A DNA stretch of 64,000 nucleotides from Isurus oxyrinchus (GCA_026770705.1 JANJGN010000041.1:1674001-1738000), one strand, 5' to 3'. Positions 41,381 to 54,839 are shown, counted from the stretch's first letter. Translations and numbers: made by a program. The notes: generated by a model not told the origin, from the letters alone.

Positions 41381-41555
41381 ATATTCTTTTTGTATTGAAA
41401 TGACGGCCCTGGCTTTTGCTTTTTTTCGAGCTCAACAAACAATAACTACAATATCCATGTTTAAATGTAAATTATTTCGGACAATACTGGTCCCAAACTG
41501 AGAATGTATATTTTGAATTCACTCCTGAATATCCAAATCTTTAACCAAAATAATT

Positions 41556-42255
41556 GGCTGAAATTTTCGTCCACATTTCATACCTCTCCCCCACCCTCTA
41601 AAGGCCCCACTCCCCATCACCCACCCACCTCAAAAATGCCGAATCTGCACGCAGATCAATGACATGCATCGGGTATAATGATGTCAGTTACATGAACCTC
41701 CCCGGTTTCACATGGAGAACAGTTACAAGTTACTAATTAGGCACTTATTGAGTTTCTGAACGACACAACCGAATGTTTTCTTGATTCGTGCCTTGCATTT
41801 GCCGTGGCCCAGACGAGAGAGAAAACATATTTTTGTGCAGCTACCATCAGACCAGAATCGCGTGGAAGAGAGGTTCTGCGTCCGGGTCCATGATTAAATG
41901 CAGCAACAGATGGTGCTGGGGAAGGTGGCAGCGGCTTCAGGATTACTTTTCACTTTTCTTGTTTCTTGCCTGAGCTTTCAACAAAAAATATTTTTGGCAA
42001 AACCGTTTCTGAGATCAAGTGGTCTTGAACTTGCAGCCATACCGACTTCCTGTTCACAGCATTACACTCTGTCGCAGGATGTTCAGGCTTCCACTGCCGA
42101 TTGGACGCATACCCCATTGTGCATCACTCATTGCCTCTTCACAGTGGCAATTTAATTAATTGTGGAGCTGGAGATGGTCTATGGGAGAGTGTGGAGGGAA
42201 AGGGCTAATTTTACATTTCTCCAATCTCACCTGCTAAAAACGTAAAATCCATGCC
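41556..42255. mobile_element. Possible old non-autonomous DNA transposon (Harbinger-like MITE)
   Basis: Imperfect terminal inverted repeats GGCTGAAATTTTCG ... CGTAAAATCCATGCC. Confidence 0.3.
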
Positions 42256-45200
42256 ACTGTCTACTTATTATAATGATTCTGTATGATTTTAAATCACGAT
42301 TACGTTTTGCACATGCACCGGAGGATCTGTGTCACTTCTTTAGTGTAACTGCTGCTGACTGTATACTTAATTTGCTAGCTAAATAGTGGATAATCGTTTG
42401 GATAGGTCACTATTTAATTAGGTAGATAATTGGGTGCTTCATCCTGCGCAACTTCAATGTTTAATTCGGAAAGAAATCTGGAAATATACTGATAATTTAT
42501 TGGATAACAGTTTTGATAATGAATTTGTTCAAACATTGGCTGCTTCATTGTATAATTTTTCTTTCAATTACTCTATATTTGAACCTGTTTCCTTATTTAG
42601 AGTGTGGCCAGAACAGTTTAAAGTGATGATAATTTGGCGAACAATCTTTGTATATTTCACAATAGCGCACAGATAATTATGTCTCTCAGTTTAAATGCAT
42701 GTCATTGTCGGAATATAAATATTCGGTTTGCTCAAATAATAATCGGTATTGGGTAAATGAAGGTAAATTTTCATTTTTGACATTTATTTCAGCTGCAGCT
42801 GTGTCAAAATAGCTTCGATTATATAATTTTCAACCTTTTCCAGTTCAACCTACATTCCTAACAGAAACCCAAAATTTAATTTTGATCTATTGCCTAGCGT
42901 TTTCAAGGCTGTTTGTGATTACCTTTGACAGCTCCATTAAGTCCATCAATATTTGATGCTTGCATTCGAGTTAGAGAATTGTGAATTGGGGGCTGCCAAC
43001 TGGGCTGTGTATGTAATGCAAATAGATACTTGCTTTTTTTATGTGTGGTCAAACATTGCCAATTTGCAATCTGATCCAAAAATGTAAAAAAAATTATTTA
43101 TCTTTATCCGACTATTTTGCATTACTTCATTCAAAGTTCATCTGAATCATTAACCAACAACATATTGAAATAACATGATCCAATATGTTAATTAACCACC
43201 CGTTTATAGACCATCAATGCATTGTTATTTCCCTACATTGAAGTTTGCGAAAAATCTACGCTCAGTCTGCACCATGTTGCATAGCCTGGAAAACAGTTGA
43301 TAATTGAAATAACTCTCTATCTACTCATCCCATTGTTTTGCGCATGTGCATTATCCATTCATTAATCTGTGCCTTCCAAATCTGACCGTGGATTTCGGTC
43401 GGAAGGCTATTCTGCACCCTTGAAGGAACCATGACATCCTCTCCTATAGCAGCGCCAGCAGAACTACAAACAAAATTTCGGCAGCGAGCCGATTACCCAC
43501 TTTCGATAATAATTCAAGCTAGAGTTATTTAATTTGATTTTAAATGCCGAAAATAATCTAGTAAACGTGTGCATCAAGTTATTACATATCTAGCAGCTAC
43601 AAATTAGTTCAGAAATATTCACTTAGAAAATATAATCTTCAAAATTCAAATGGACATTCACTATCTAAAGAACAGAAAACATAATGAAACCGTGATTATC
43701 TGAGGCTCACATCAATTACGCTTAAATTATATAGATGATTGGGTTTCATCAGTAATCAGTATAAATGTCTGAAGTTAATCTTGTGGAAAATAATGCAGCA
43801 TTGAATAACGGCGTTAATTCTCGAAAAATGTTCGTGCATTTTGAAAAAAAATATGCATTTTAACAAATAATGCTAAGATTCATGTGTTTTATGAACCTGG
43901 CCAATCTGAAATGAAATAAGCTGTAGAGGATGTTAATTTAAACATGGGTGTGATAGGTGTAATGTCTCTTTCGTCAGTTTATCGACAATTCGTAATTTCA
44001 CTTTTCTGAACATATATTAGTTTAAAGATTCAAATTGATGTCCCCATCACCTTCAATCTTTATCACGATCTTTCGCACTTGATGCCCAGCAGAAATCAAT
44101 TTTCAGCTTCATATTTAAAATCACTTCGCACGGATGCTGTGCTTGAGATGCCCTTTCTGCCCTTTCGGCAATAAAGTGAATGGTTTTGCAGCCGATCAAT
44201 TAATGGGAACTCTGTCCTGTCTACTAGGAAGTAAAACGCTAGTTATGACCTCAGTACAATCACATCATCGAATTGGTCATTAACTTTGCCTTGCAAGAAA
44301 TGTGCCCCTATGGCCAATAAACATTGCCCACTCAATCTGATAGCAATGTCACCGTTCCCACTCCGCCATTAAATTGCCCTATTGATCAGGACTGACTCCA
44401 CTCATTCTGCATAGCAATGTTGCTTCACACCTTCTGCAATGAATTAGCGATGCATTCACCTGAAATAATCCTGCACAATGCCCAGCCAGCATATCAATCT
44501 TACATTACTCATTCTGACTTAAAACACATGACTGATCAGCTCTCATTCATGAATAAAACTTCTCGCTGTGAACCTGCATAGGAATGTCACTTTGTACTGA
44601 TTGTCATTGTACCGCCACCGTGATAACTGCAGTGTAAACTTGCATTCAGCCTTGTCTATGCTGTCTTTTATGTAGCTCAGTGACCATTTTCTGGTCGTAT
44701 GTTTTTGCCATTCCATCTTTCATCCTCTCAAGCATTCAGAGTATGTTCGTGCCACTGGACAATATTTTACCTTCAAGCTGGATGTCCTGTAGCACAGTAA
44801 TGCTTCCCAGTATTTATCACATCTGTAGACCACCCATTTGCATTGCACCAATACCTCTTCCAGAGTATAAGTCAACTTGGCACAGATACTATTTTGCGCG
44901 TTAATTTCCCATTTCACATTGTACCAACACACATGAATTGCCACTTTACACCTCCCATTTACGTTCTATTATTCACGATGCCCAGCCATTTGTTTGCTTT
45001 CAAATTTTCCAGGTCACATTCGCCCTCAGTAATCTCAATCATTACTAAACAATCGTTGCCTAGTTTACTTTGAATATGTTCATTTCAAATTACGAATTAT
45101 CAACTGAGGTTTTCCTTCCCTATCCACTTTGATTCGGTCCAGTTTAAATTTAGAACATGCTCGCCTCGGAATGCAGACTGTGCATATTTGGGTTGAAAGC

Positions 45201-45284
45201 ACAATCCTTTGCTGCAACAGGAACAAAATTAGTAATGTTCATTTGTGTCGTCTATCTCTTGCTCTCTTTATCCCTCTCTTACAG

Positions 45285-46186
45285 TTAATCTTGTTGCGAT
45301 TGTGATTCTTTCCCGAGGAAACTGTGGCCTTTCCAAATGTATTAGCTACTATATGATCGCCATGGCCGTGGCAGATCTCCTGGTTGTTTGTGCTGAAGTC
45401 ATACTGAAAAATACGCTGGATATTTATTTCCCTGTTTTATTCTTGACCACGAGCACGGTGTGCCCTCTAACTGTGATTCTGACTTACGCAGTCATATCAG
45501 CCTCTGTCTGGTTAACAGTGGTGTTCACCTTCGATCGTTTTGTGGTCATATGTTGTAAGAAGCTGCGAAAAAATTATTGCACAGGGACAACAGCGGTAGC
45601 TGTCACATCAGTGGTGAGTGTGTTGAGTTGTTTGATAAACATTCCCTGGTACTTTGCGTTTGAAACTGCATATATAATGGACAATGTAAATCGTGGTTGT
45701 GTCCTAACACATAATTTTTTCATTTCTGCTGAATGGGCCGCATTTGACTTGTTTACCATTATCATGACTCCATGTATTCCATTTATCCTAATTTTGTTGC
45801 TAAATGTTTTGACGGCTAGACGTATTTTGCTGGCCAGTAAAGTTCGCAGATGTCTCCGCGTTTGCTACAAGGATTCTGTAATAGAAAGCCGAAGAACGTC
45901 CATTATTTTACTCTTCAGTATAACCGGGAGCTTTATATTGCTCTGGACAACTCCGGTTATATATATTATCTCTTTGCATGTAACAGTCACATCGAATTCT
46001 GGCGCACATGCACTTCAGTCACTTGGATCCATGCTTGGGATCCTCAGTTGCTGCACAAATACATTCATTTATGTGCTGACACAGGCTAAGTTTAGGAAGG
46101 AGCTGAAGAACGGAATGCAGTATCTTGTGAAATTGGGCATAAAATTAGGCAAATTACAGTGGAGTACCCGTTCACCATTTCAGTAG
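45285..46186 (+). CDS. Coding exon 2 of GPR139/GPR142-like class A GPCR (TM1 second half to C-terminus)
   Basis: Polypyrimidine tract plus ACAG acceptor ending 45284; intact 300-codon frame with MAVADLL (TM2), C...FTFDRFVVIC (TM3), NIPWYF (TM4), ECL2 Cys, PCIPF (TM5), FILLW (TM6), TNTFIY (TM7), KFRKEL (helix 8); TAG at 46184-46186. Confidence 0.93.
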
Positions 46187-46362
46187 GACATGAGGTTTGT
46201 GCCTTGAATGAACTCATGTTAGGAAAATGCTTGTAACAACGTTGAAGCATTCTGCATAAAATAATATCCTACTAAAAATGCTCATTTATACTATAATGTC
46301 AAACTGAACTCATTTTCACAGTGTACAGTATTCAATGCTGATTTGTATGTTGTGATAATATT

Positions 46363-46378
46363 AATAAATGATAATAAA
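46363..46378 (+). terminator. Tandem polyadenylation signals of the GPCR gene
   Basis: AATAAA at 46363 and 46373, ~180 nt after the stop. Confidence 0.5.
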
Positions 46379-47809
46379 ACGTACTGAACCTCCACTGTTA
46401 GCTGTGCAGAGATTGAAAGGGTGAATTGTGATGCCAGCTGCTGACAGCCTGGTGTTCATTGGAACAGTTGTTCTTATCAACATAAGAACACCCCAAACAT
46501 CAGCAGCTGCATCACGATAACTCGACAAATGTAACACAGACAAACATCAGGAATTTCCTACAATCTACTCTGGGCCAAATAGTACAAAGGGGGAATTTTC
46601 AGAACATGTTTCATGAAGTCTGGCACCCTGCAAATATCGGACAGTTGCACAATGAGCTGCTTCTCCAAGTTCCATATACCTCAAACGATTGAAACAAGGA
46701 AGGCCTGGTCATCACGTGTTTTGTTAAAAGTCGGGTATTGACGCAATTGATCACACATTCCCACGATCCATAGTGCACAGAGACGACACCATATAATGGA
46801 TTCAAAACTTTTAAATGCGATTACCTTACGATTCATTTGAAAGCACAAATGAAATCATACTTGTTTTTGCACGATTAATGGGACTACCTCCTCCCCACAT
46901 GTTCATTCACAACACTCTCTGTCTCATGTTATCTGGTCCTTTCACACATACAGCCTTCAAATGGCTGTTATCATATTCTCGAATGTTTTAATATGTTTGA
47001 CTTTATAGCCACTCATCAATGTAGTGTATGACGCTTCGACCAGGTATCAGCACGATTTCCCAGCCAAGAAACGTCTGATCACACGTGGCCCTCCCACCAA
47101 CTTACGTCTTTGTATACCTATGCATATTGAATGTGAAAAAATGTAACGCAATTGTTCTCGTCGCATATTCTTATCATTTACCTAACTTAAATGCCATTCG
47201 TAGAAAGCAACCATTGACAGGCTACAGCACAGAAGCAGACTATTTGAACCGTCCTTTCCTTACTGTGTCTCTGCAGGAAGATGCAGGCGGCAGCCACTCT
47301 TCCAGCTTCTCCCTATTATCTGGGTCATTCGTTTTTCTCAGATTTAAAATTCAAAATCCTCTTGATCATTATTAGTTACCCACTCCAAACACCGGGTATA
47401 ATGATTGGCCAGAACAACTGCCAGTTAAAGCATCATTACATAGAAACCCACAACCGCTGTCCTTGAATAAATAAACATTAAAAACAAGACAGATTCGGTC
47501 ATGGCATGAGGGGCATAGCTGGCACGAAGAGCAATTATTGTCAATCTTTAATTGCTCTTGCAGCAAATAATATGTGCTCCATCCTTCTGAGCAGCTGCAG
47601 TGCTTCTGATATCTTCGCCCTGGCTGCTTAGGGCCTGAATTACTAATTTCCCAGACCACCGGCTCAGCTAGCACTCTTTTCTAAATGTTTAATCTGGCTT
47701 TTCGGCAACAGGACTTTCTATATATGCAACCCGACTGTTCAGCTTCCAGTTCTTTCTGTTCCTGAAGGAACCTAAGTTCCACAAAGTAATGCCACGACTC
47801 AACACTGTT

Positions 47810-48725
47810 TAGGTCCTTCATCAATGACCTCCTCTCCAGCTTAAGGTCGGAAATGGGGATGTTCGCTCATGATTCCACAATGTTCAACACAATTCATGAT
47901 TCCTGAGATAATGAGGTTGTCCATTGCCAGATGCAGCATGTTCAGGCTTCGGCTCACAAGTGGAAAATGACATTTACAGCATACAAGTACCAGGCAATGA
48001 CTATCTCCAAAATAGAATGTCAAACCATTGCCCGTCAACATTAAATGACATTACCATAGCCGAAAATCGTACTAGCAGCATTGTAGTGGATATCATTGAC
48101 CAGAAACAACATAACTGGATTGGCCAATAAATACAACGTTTACAAATGCAGTTGAGATGCCAGGAATCCTGCAGCGAATAACACAAGTGCTGAAACCCCA
48201 ATTCCGTTCCACCATTTACAAGACAGGAATTTCATGGTATACTCTCTACTTGCTGGGATGCATGCAGCTCCAATATTAGTCAAGAAGCATGATAGCATCT
48301 GGGATAAATCAGCCAGTGATTGACACCACATCAATGAACGTTGACACTCTCCACCACTGATGAACAATGGCAGCAGTGCTTAATATCTGCAAGGTGAGCG
48401 GCAGGAATTCTGGAAATCAACTTGGACCATTCAGTCCAAACCCACGAAGGATAATGGGCAGCAGGTTTATGCGAACATGACTATTTGGAAGTTCCCCTCC
48501 AAGCTACTCACCAGCTTGATTTGAAATGATATCCCTGTCCCTTCCTTGTCATCGTGTCAAATTCCAGGAACTCCATCCCCAAGGGCACTATGCGTGCAGA
48601 GTGGCCAGAGGGACTGCTGCGGTTCAAGAAGGCAGCTCCACACCACTTTCTCTAGGGTACTTATATCTGGGCATTAAACACTTGCGAACGACTGGCACCA
48701 ACATCCTCTCAACGAATAATAATGA
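47810..48725 (+). mobile_element. Family-B CR1-clade LINE 3' part
   Basis: TTCATCAATGACCTC...GGGATGTTCGCTCATGAT (FINDL...GMFA(D)D RT core) through to the 3' end. Confidence 0.8.
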
Positions 48726-50929
48726 AATATAATTGTCCCTCTGGCTGCACAGCTACTGCGCTTCCCATTTTTTCCAGTCTGTCAGCTCTGTTCTACTATA
48801 ACCAAATCACTTTCCTAGCTAATACTTACTGCTTCTTATAAAACTAACCTCTTGCTATTTAGCTCCCGGACTTTTATAAATCTCTGCTCTGGGGGAAGAG
48901 TGCCTTTTACCTTCCAATCTGTGTTTTGATTATCTAAGGCACGCTTTTTTTATCTCTGTTATGGGGGTGTAGCCCCTTTCTAATCTTTGCTTTTAATATC
49001 TCTCTCTAGCTCTTTTTAAATTGCTCCTCTGGCCACTCAGCGTCCGCTCTTTTTACATATCTGCCATAGTGCCTCAACTACTCCTCTTTTTAAAAAAATA
49101 TCACCTGTTCGTGCACAGCTCCCAGCTCGCTCTAAATCTCTGCTCTCACTGTTCAGCTGCAGCAGTAAAAGAATAATTAAACCTGCCCTGACTGCCAAGT
49201 GTCTAGCCCGGAATTGGAGACTGTTGAGTTTAATTAAGAATGATCACTGGTTTGTAGCACCACCGTGTCTGAGGAAGTGGGCAAAATCTACAAAGGTTGA
49301 AAATAGTGAATTCTTCTGACGCACTTCCCACTGAAGATTTAACATATGGTCCAGCAAATTCGCTAGATGTATTCAAAAAAAAAAAAGACGATAGTTATTA
49401 CAGTAAGGAGGGAGTTTGTGAAAATCATCGGAAGTGCCTATGTCTTTCCAAATGATGATGAGAACGAAATTTTCAGCAGATCTAAAAGCACTGGAAATGT
49501 TAAACGGAGAAAGGGTTGAAACAAATTCCCTGGTTTACACGAAAAATCGCTGATGAAACCTTTTCATTCTGCTGCAAATTATACGTCATAAAAACCACAT
49601 GCAGATTATGCAAGGAATGCGGCAGTGTCTGGAATCATCTCAGTAATAGATTGCAATGTCATCGAATTATCTAAGGACAATATTCAAAGCGCAACAAAAT
49701 GAATTGAATGAAAGCGAATGATCCCAGAAATGGAGGTACTGGATGTGGAAGCACAGAGATATATAAACAAGGTGAGGATTAATGACAAACAACGTTGACA
49801 GGCAATATTGCAGCCGTTCAGTTCTAGATGAGCAGAACTCAGAGTTTTTTCGGACACCTGCAAGGCTTTTTGAGCACACCATTAAATCATTTCTGGGAAT
49901 AATTGCCATTGGAGCTAACTTCGACCCTCTGATGCATGGATATGCCCCATGCAGCATAAAGTAAATATACTCCTGACCATTTTCTTGGAACTCGTATTCA
50001 AAATGAGCTAATTTCGATGATGACATTGCAGGTGAAGAAATTGAACTTTATTGTAAAAGTGAAGGCTGCAATACACCGTGTGCTTCTTCTTGTCATTACC
50101 CCTGGTCTGACTGATGAAGATCAGTTATTCCTTGTGCTTCGTTAGCTTGATCTGTTTTCTGAAGATGTGAATCGAAGGGAGGATTTGATTCATTCTCTGA
50201 TGATTCAAAACAAAATTTAGTAAGGCCTTTCTGTTTCTCTCAATGATGCGCCAAATGGGCTTGGCCTTCGCATCACTGTGAGAGGCAGGGACTCAACAAT
50301 CAGGTAAATATTAAGGATCAGAAACGAGGCGTACAGGCCTGCCCACTTCAACACAACCGTTGAAGCTTTTTAACCCCATGAGGCTGCCACAACTTATCTC
50401 TGGTATTGGAAGAAACAGCAAACTGTAGTTCTAAACAATGAAATTGTTTTGGAGTTGTGCAGGGAAATTAAAGAATTATTACAGTTTGAAACAACAAATG
50501 ACATATATTGAGAGCGGAAGCTTCCTGGATAATGTTAAAGTCGTTGTCAGACTGTTGGTGGAATGTCTAGTATAGAGTGGAAATGCAATATGTTACCAAA
50601 CAGCTGATATCAGGAAGGCATTGATTACAGTTACTGAAGAATGTGGCAACCCAGCGTTAAAATAGAGACTTAGTCCATGATCAACTACGAAGTTAAAGGT
50701 TTCGAATTTTGCTTGGCAATGGTTGAGTGGCACAACAGCATATTCGCCAGAAGCATTGTGACCCAGAATATTTAATACTTCGATATGCAGCTTTGTGGGG
50801 CTTTAGCATTTCAGAGGGATGGCGAAAATGAAAAGCAGGCTCCGTAGCACTCGTAATAAGCTAAGATATTATTTGTAATAGCGGACCTTTCATTAAATGA
50901 TGATGGGCCAATTTGTGAGGAGTTGGGAA

Positions 50930-52230
50930 ACATCAAGGGGACCAAATACTTGTGGGAGTTGTGAATAGCCCAGCAAACCACAGTGCTAAATTGTGGCGTG
51001 GTATACATCAGGAAATTCGAGCTGAATGTAACATGGTTAAAGCAGGAAAATTAGAAACTTCAGTTTGCAACATGACCATCGTTAAGCAAATCAGCACTAA
51101 TAGCATGCAAGAGGAATTCATTGAATGTATCCTAGCTTGGTTTCAGAACTAGTAAGTTGAGGAGCCAACTAGGAATCGAGCTAGACAGGATTTAGTGCTC
51201 GATCATGCGAAAGACTCAAAGCATTTCAGTGCTCTCAATTAATCTTTGGGAAATAGTCACAATAAAGTGATTGAGTTTTGCAATAAGTATGACAGCGATA
51301 TGCTGAATCCTGAAACTTGGTGGTTAAATCTGAATAAAGAAAATTCTGAATGTAAGAGAGGCAAGTTGGCTATAATAGATTTCGAAAGTAAAGGAAAAGT
51401 TTTGTTAGTGGACAGGGAATGGCGAGTATTTAAGGAAATAATGCACTGTCTACATCAAACAAGCATTCATCAAAAGCTCAACACAGAGACAGAAAGAAAA
51501 CTCAACCGAAGTTTGCAAATGAAGTTAGATATCGCACTTCATGAAATGAAATGATTTATCATGGCGCAAGAGAAAAAGTGGTAAATCTGAGGTTTGGGAG
51601 AACTTTAGAACCCAGAAAGTGAGGACCAAGAAACTGATTTATAAATGGGAAGAGAATGTAATGCAATCCAGTTAGGAACATAAAGCGCAAGTCTCGGAAC
51701 TTTACATGTAGGTAGGGGAATATTTATCATGGAGAACAGGGAAACATCATGGTAACGAAACAATAACTTTTCGCCTGTCGTCACAGAAGAACTTATAGAA
51801 TATTTCCAAGATAAGCTAGGCAACCAAATGAGTTGTGAAACAGGGAAGCGAAAAGGAATAAATAGTTTTACAGGAAACGGTAGTGCTTGACATGTGAACT
51901 GGATTGAAGGTTAAATAATTTGCTGGACTAGAATTGCTTCATCTCAAGAGTGCTGACGGAGGAGGCTGAAGAAACAATGGTTGCATTGTTTGTTTTGTTT
52001 CAAAATTCTTTAGTTTCTGCAAAGCCTCCAGCGAATTATAAAATATCAGATGTTGCATCACAATTGAAGAATGTAATAAGATGGTCGAGGGAGAACTGCA
52101 GACATGTTAGTTTTACATAAGAATTCTGGGAAAAGTTATTAGTACGGAGGTGATAACTGGGTATGTAGTAAAGAATGATAACATTGCACAATCTGATCAA
52201 GGATATATGGAAGGGAAATCATGTTAGAAA
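50930..52230 (+). mobile_element. CR1 LINE ORF2 (endonuclease end to RT start), decayed
   Basis: QEEFIECI, EEPTRNRARQDLVL, LGNSHNKVIEF and GKSCL-like motifs. Confidence 0.7.
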
Positions 52231-52686
52231 AACAATTAAGCAACTCACTGCATAAAGAGACTCCACACATATCCAGATTTTCAATGCTGCGAGGGCCCAG
52301 CATATCAGTGCAAAATGTAAAGCTAAAGCACTCTCAAAGGTACCGAATGGATGAGGCAACTTGGCCTCCTCCATAGGTTCCCAAAATTACAGATGTTAGT
52401 CTTCAGTCAAGTTTATTCACACTCTGTGATATCAGGAAGCCGCTGAACCTCTGGATACTGCAGGACGGTGGGCACGAGAATATTTCGGCAATTGTACTGA
52501 ATGCTTGTGCACTCGATAGTGCCCTATGGCATAGCCATGCTGCTCCAGTACAGATTCAACACTGGCATCTACCCAAATATCAGAAAAATCGCCCAAGTAC
52601 GAGGTACAGAAAAATGCAGCACAAGCCCAACCTGTTCATTAACAGTCGCGTGAGCCTCCATTTGATAATCAGGAAAGTAATGGAAG

Positions 52687-53426
52687 AACACCTGCAGTCT
52701 GTCCGCAAGAATGACCCAAACCTCCCTGTCGCTTGCCATTTTAACACTCCACCCTGCTCTCTTGCCCACATGTCTGTCCTTGGCTTGCTGCATTGTTCCA
52801 GTGAAGCCCAACGCAAACTGGAGGAACAGCACCTCATCTTCCGACTATGCACTTTACAGCCTTCCGGACTGAATATTGAATTCAATAACCTTAGGTCGTG
52901 AGCTCCCTTCCCCATCCCCGCCCCCTTTTTGTTTCCCCCTTCCCTTTTTTCCAATAAATTATAAAGTTTTTCCTTTTTCCACCTATTTCCATTATTTAAA
53001 ATTAAAACACCCCGACTAGAGATATACCTTGAGTGCCCTACCATCCATTATTAATTAGCACATTCGTTTAGATAATATCACCAACTTTAACTTTAACACC
53101 TATGTGTTCTTTTGTACTATTGTTGTTGACATCTTTTGATGATCTGTTTCTATCACTGCTTGTTTGTCCCTACAACCACACCCTTCCCCCTCCACCTCTC
53201 TCTCTCTCTCTCTCTCTCCGCCGCCCACACACACACCTTAAATCAGCTTATATTTCAACTCTTTCTTGGACTCGAACTCAAGTTCTGTCGAAGGGTCATG
53301 AGGACTCGAAACGTCAACTCTTTTCTTTCTTCGCCGATGCTGCCAGACCTGCTGAGTTTTTTCCAGGTAATTCTGTTTTTGTTTTGCTTTGGATTTCCAG
53401 CATCCACAGTTTTTTTTTGTTTTTAT
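52687..53426 (+). mobile_element. Young 5'-truncated Penelope-like element (GIY-YIG C-terminus plus terminal region) with 12-bp TSD
   Basis: EHLQSVRKNDPNLPVACHFN...RKLEEQHLIFRLCTLQPSGLN is the Penelope GIY-YIG C-terminal half; flanked by direct repeat AAGTAATGGAAG at 52675-52686 and 53427-53438. Confidence 0.9.
53281..53319 (+). ncRNA. Minimal type I hammerhead-ribozyme-like motif in the Penelope terminus
   Basis: AGTT-CTGTCGA-A-GGGTC-ATGAG-GACTC-GAAAC-GTC-AACT: stem I AGTT/AACT, stem II GGGTC/GACTC, GAAAC and GUC triplet; core has U at the conserved A6 position. Confidence 0.6.
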
Positions 53427-54839
53427 AAGTAATGGAAGGGTTCATCAAGCGGCATCTGATCAGGAGTACTCTGCTCATGGAGGCTTAGTCTGGTTCCAAA
53501 AGATTCAGTCTGTTCCTAATAGCATCACCGCCATGGTCAAAATATGAGGTAACAGCTTGACTCCAGATGTGACGTGATAGTGACCACACCTGATATCAAG
53601 GGAGCATATGATCACGTGTGGCATCAAGGCGCCCTCAAATAAACTGAGTCAACGTGAATTAATGGGAAAACTCTTCGTTAGATGGAGTCATATCTGGCAC
53701 AAATGAATATTGTTCTGGTAGTTGCAGAAGATTCATCTCAGTTCAAGGATGTCACTGCAGGCGATGCTGAGGATTTTGGCCAGTCCTCAGTACCATCAGC
53801 TGTTCCATTTATCACCATTCTTCCAACATAAGCTCATAATTGGTGATTTTCGATTACGATTGCACAATGGACAGTGTATTTGCAATGCCCCAAATACTGA
53901 CCCGTCCATGCCCAAATACTGGAATGCTTGGATATTATCCAGGCTTATGGAGAGAAGAGGCAAGTAACGTTCATGACACATAAGTACTTAGCATTTTTAT
54001 CTCAAAAAAATAAACTAACCATCGTCGCTTGGCATAAGTAATATTATAATTTCCGAAACCACCGCTACCATCATCCTAGGAACAACTGTTGATCAGTAAT
54101 TGAACTGGCCAAACCATACAAATACTGTGGCTACAAGAGCAGGCCAGTGGATAGGGAATCTGCCGCGAGCAGATCACGATCTGACTCCCCACTGCTGGGC
54201 CACCACCTACAATACACAACTCAGGAGATCCCGGAACAATGCTGCTCCAACAGCCCTCAGCATCCTCAAAACCATCCATGACAAAGTTGGATTGGCAGCC
54301 CTTCAATAAGCGTGCACTCCCTCCACCAGCAACGAACAATGATGGCAGTGTGCACCAGCTGCAATATTTTCCTCAGGAGTACAGACCTCTGCCTTAGACA
54401 GTACATCGTAAATCCAGAACAGCTGCCATCTAGATGGATAAGAACAGCAGGCACATGGGAAAACCAGCACTTGCAGGTTTTCCTCCCCGCTACTCACCAT
54501 CCTAGCTTGGGAAGATCCGCGTTCCTTCATTGTCGCTGGGTCAGACCCTGGAGCTACCACCTTTTACTGAACTGGTGGTTTATCTGCAACAAACGGACAA
54601 CCAAGGCTCAAGCATTGTATTCCCCACCACCTTGACAAGTGTAATTAGGACGGGCAGTCAATGGCTGCCTAGAACAGCGATACTAACATTCCGTAAATTA
54701 TAAAGAAGAATATAGACATGTTAACAAGTTGAGAATTTTTCCAACTTTTCGTCACTACGTGGCATTCTGTTCATAAACAATGACTGCAATGATATTGAAT
54801 TTATTCAACGTAGATGTAGAAAGATTTTTTGGTACAGCA

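Larger units (their letters stand above)
52340..54700 (+). mobile_element. Family-B CR1-clade LINE RT-to-3' end, interrupted by a Penelope-like insertion
   Basis: RT segment IIRKVME|G resumes after 53438; DIKGAYDHVWHQG motif near 53592; 3' end near 54690. Confidence 0.8.

Noticed and set aside
45245-45284. ORF-track start (GTG, MSSISCSLYPSLT) for the GPCR
   Set aside because: This is the intron polypyrimidine tract and acceptor; the real TM1 start is supplied by the exon at 36916-36985
49667-50026. 119-aa minus-strand ORF as a second receptor or exon
   Set aside because: No GPCR or other motifs and no convincing splice sites
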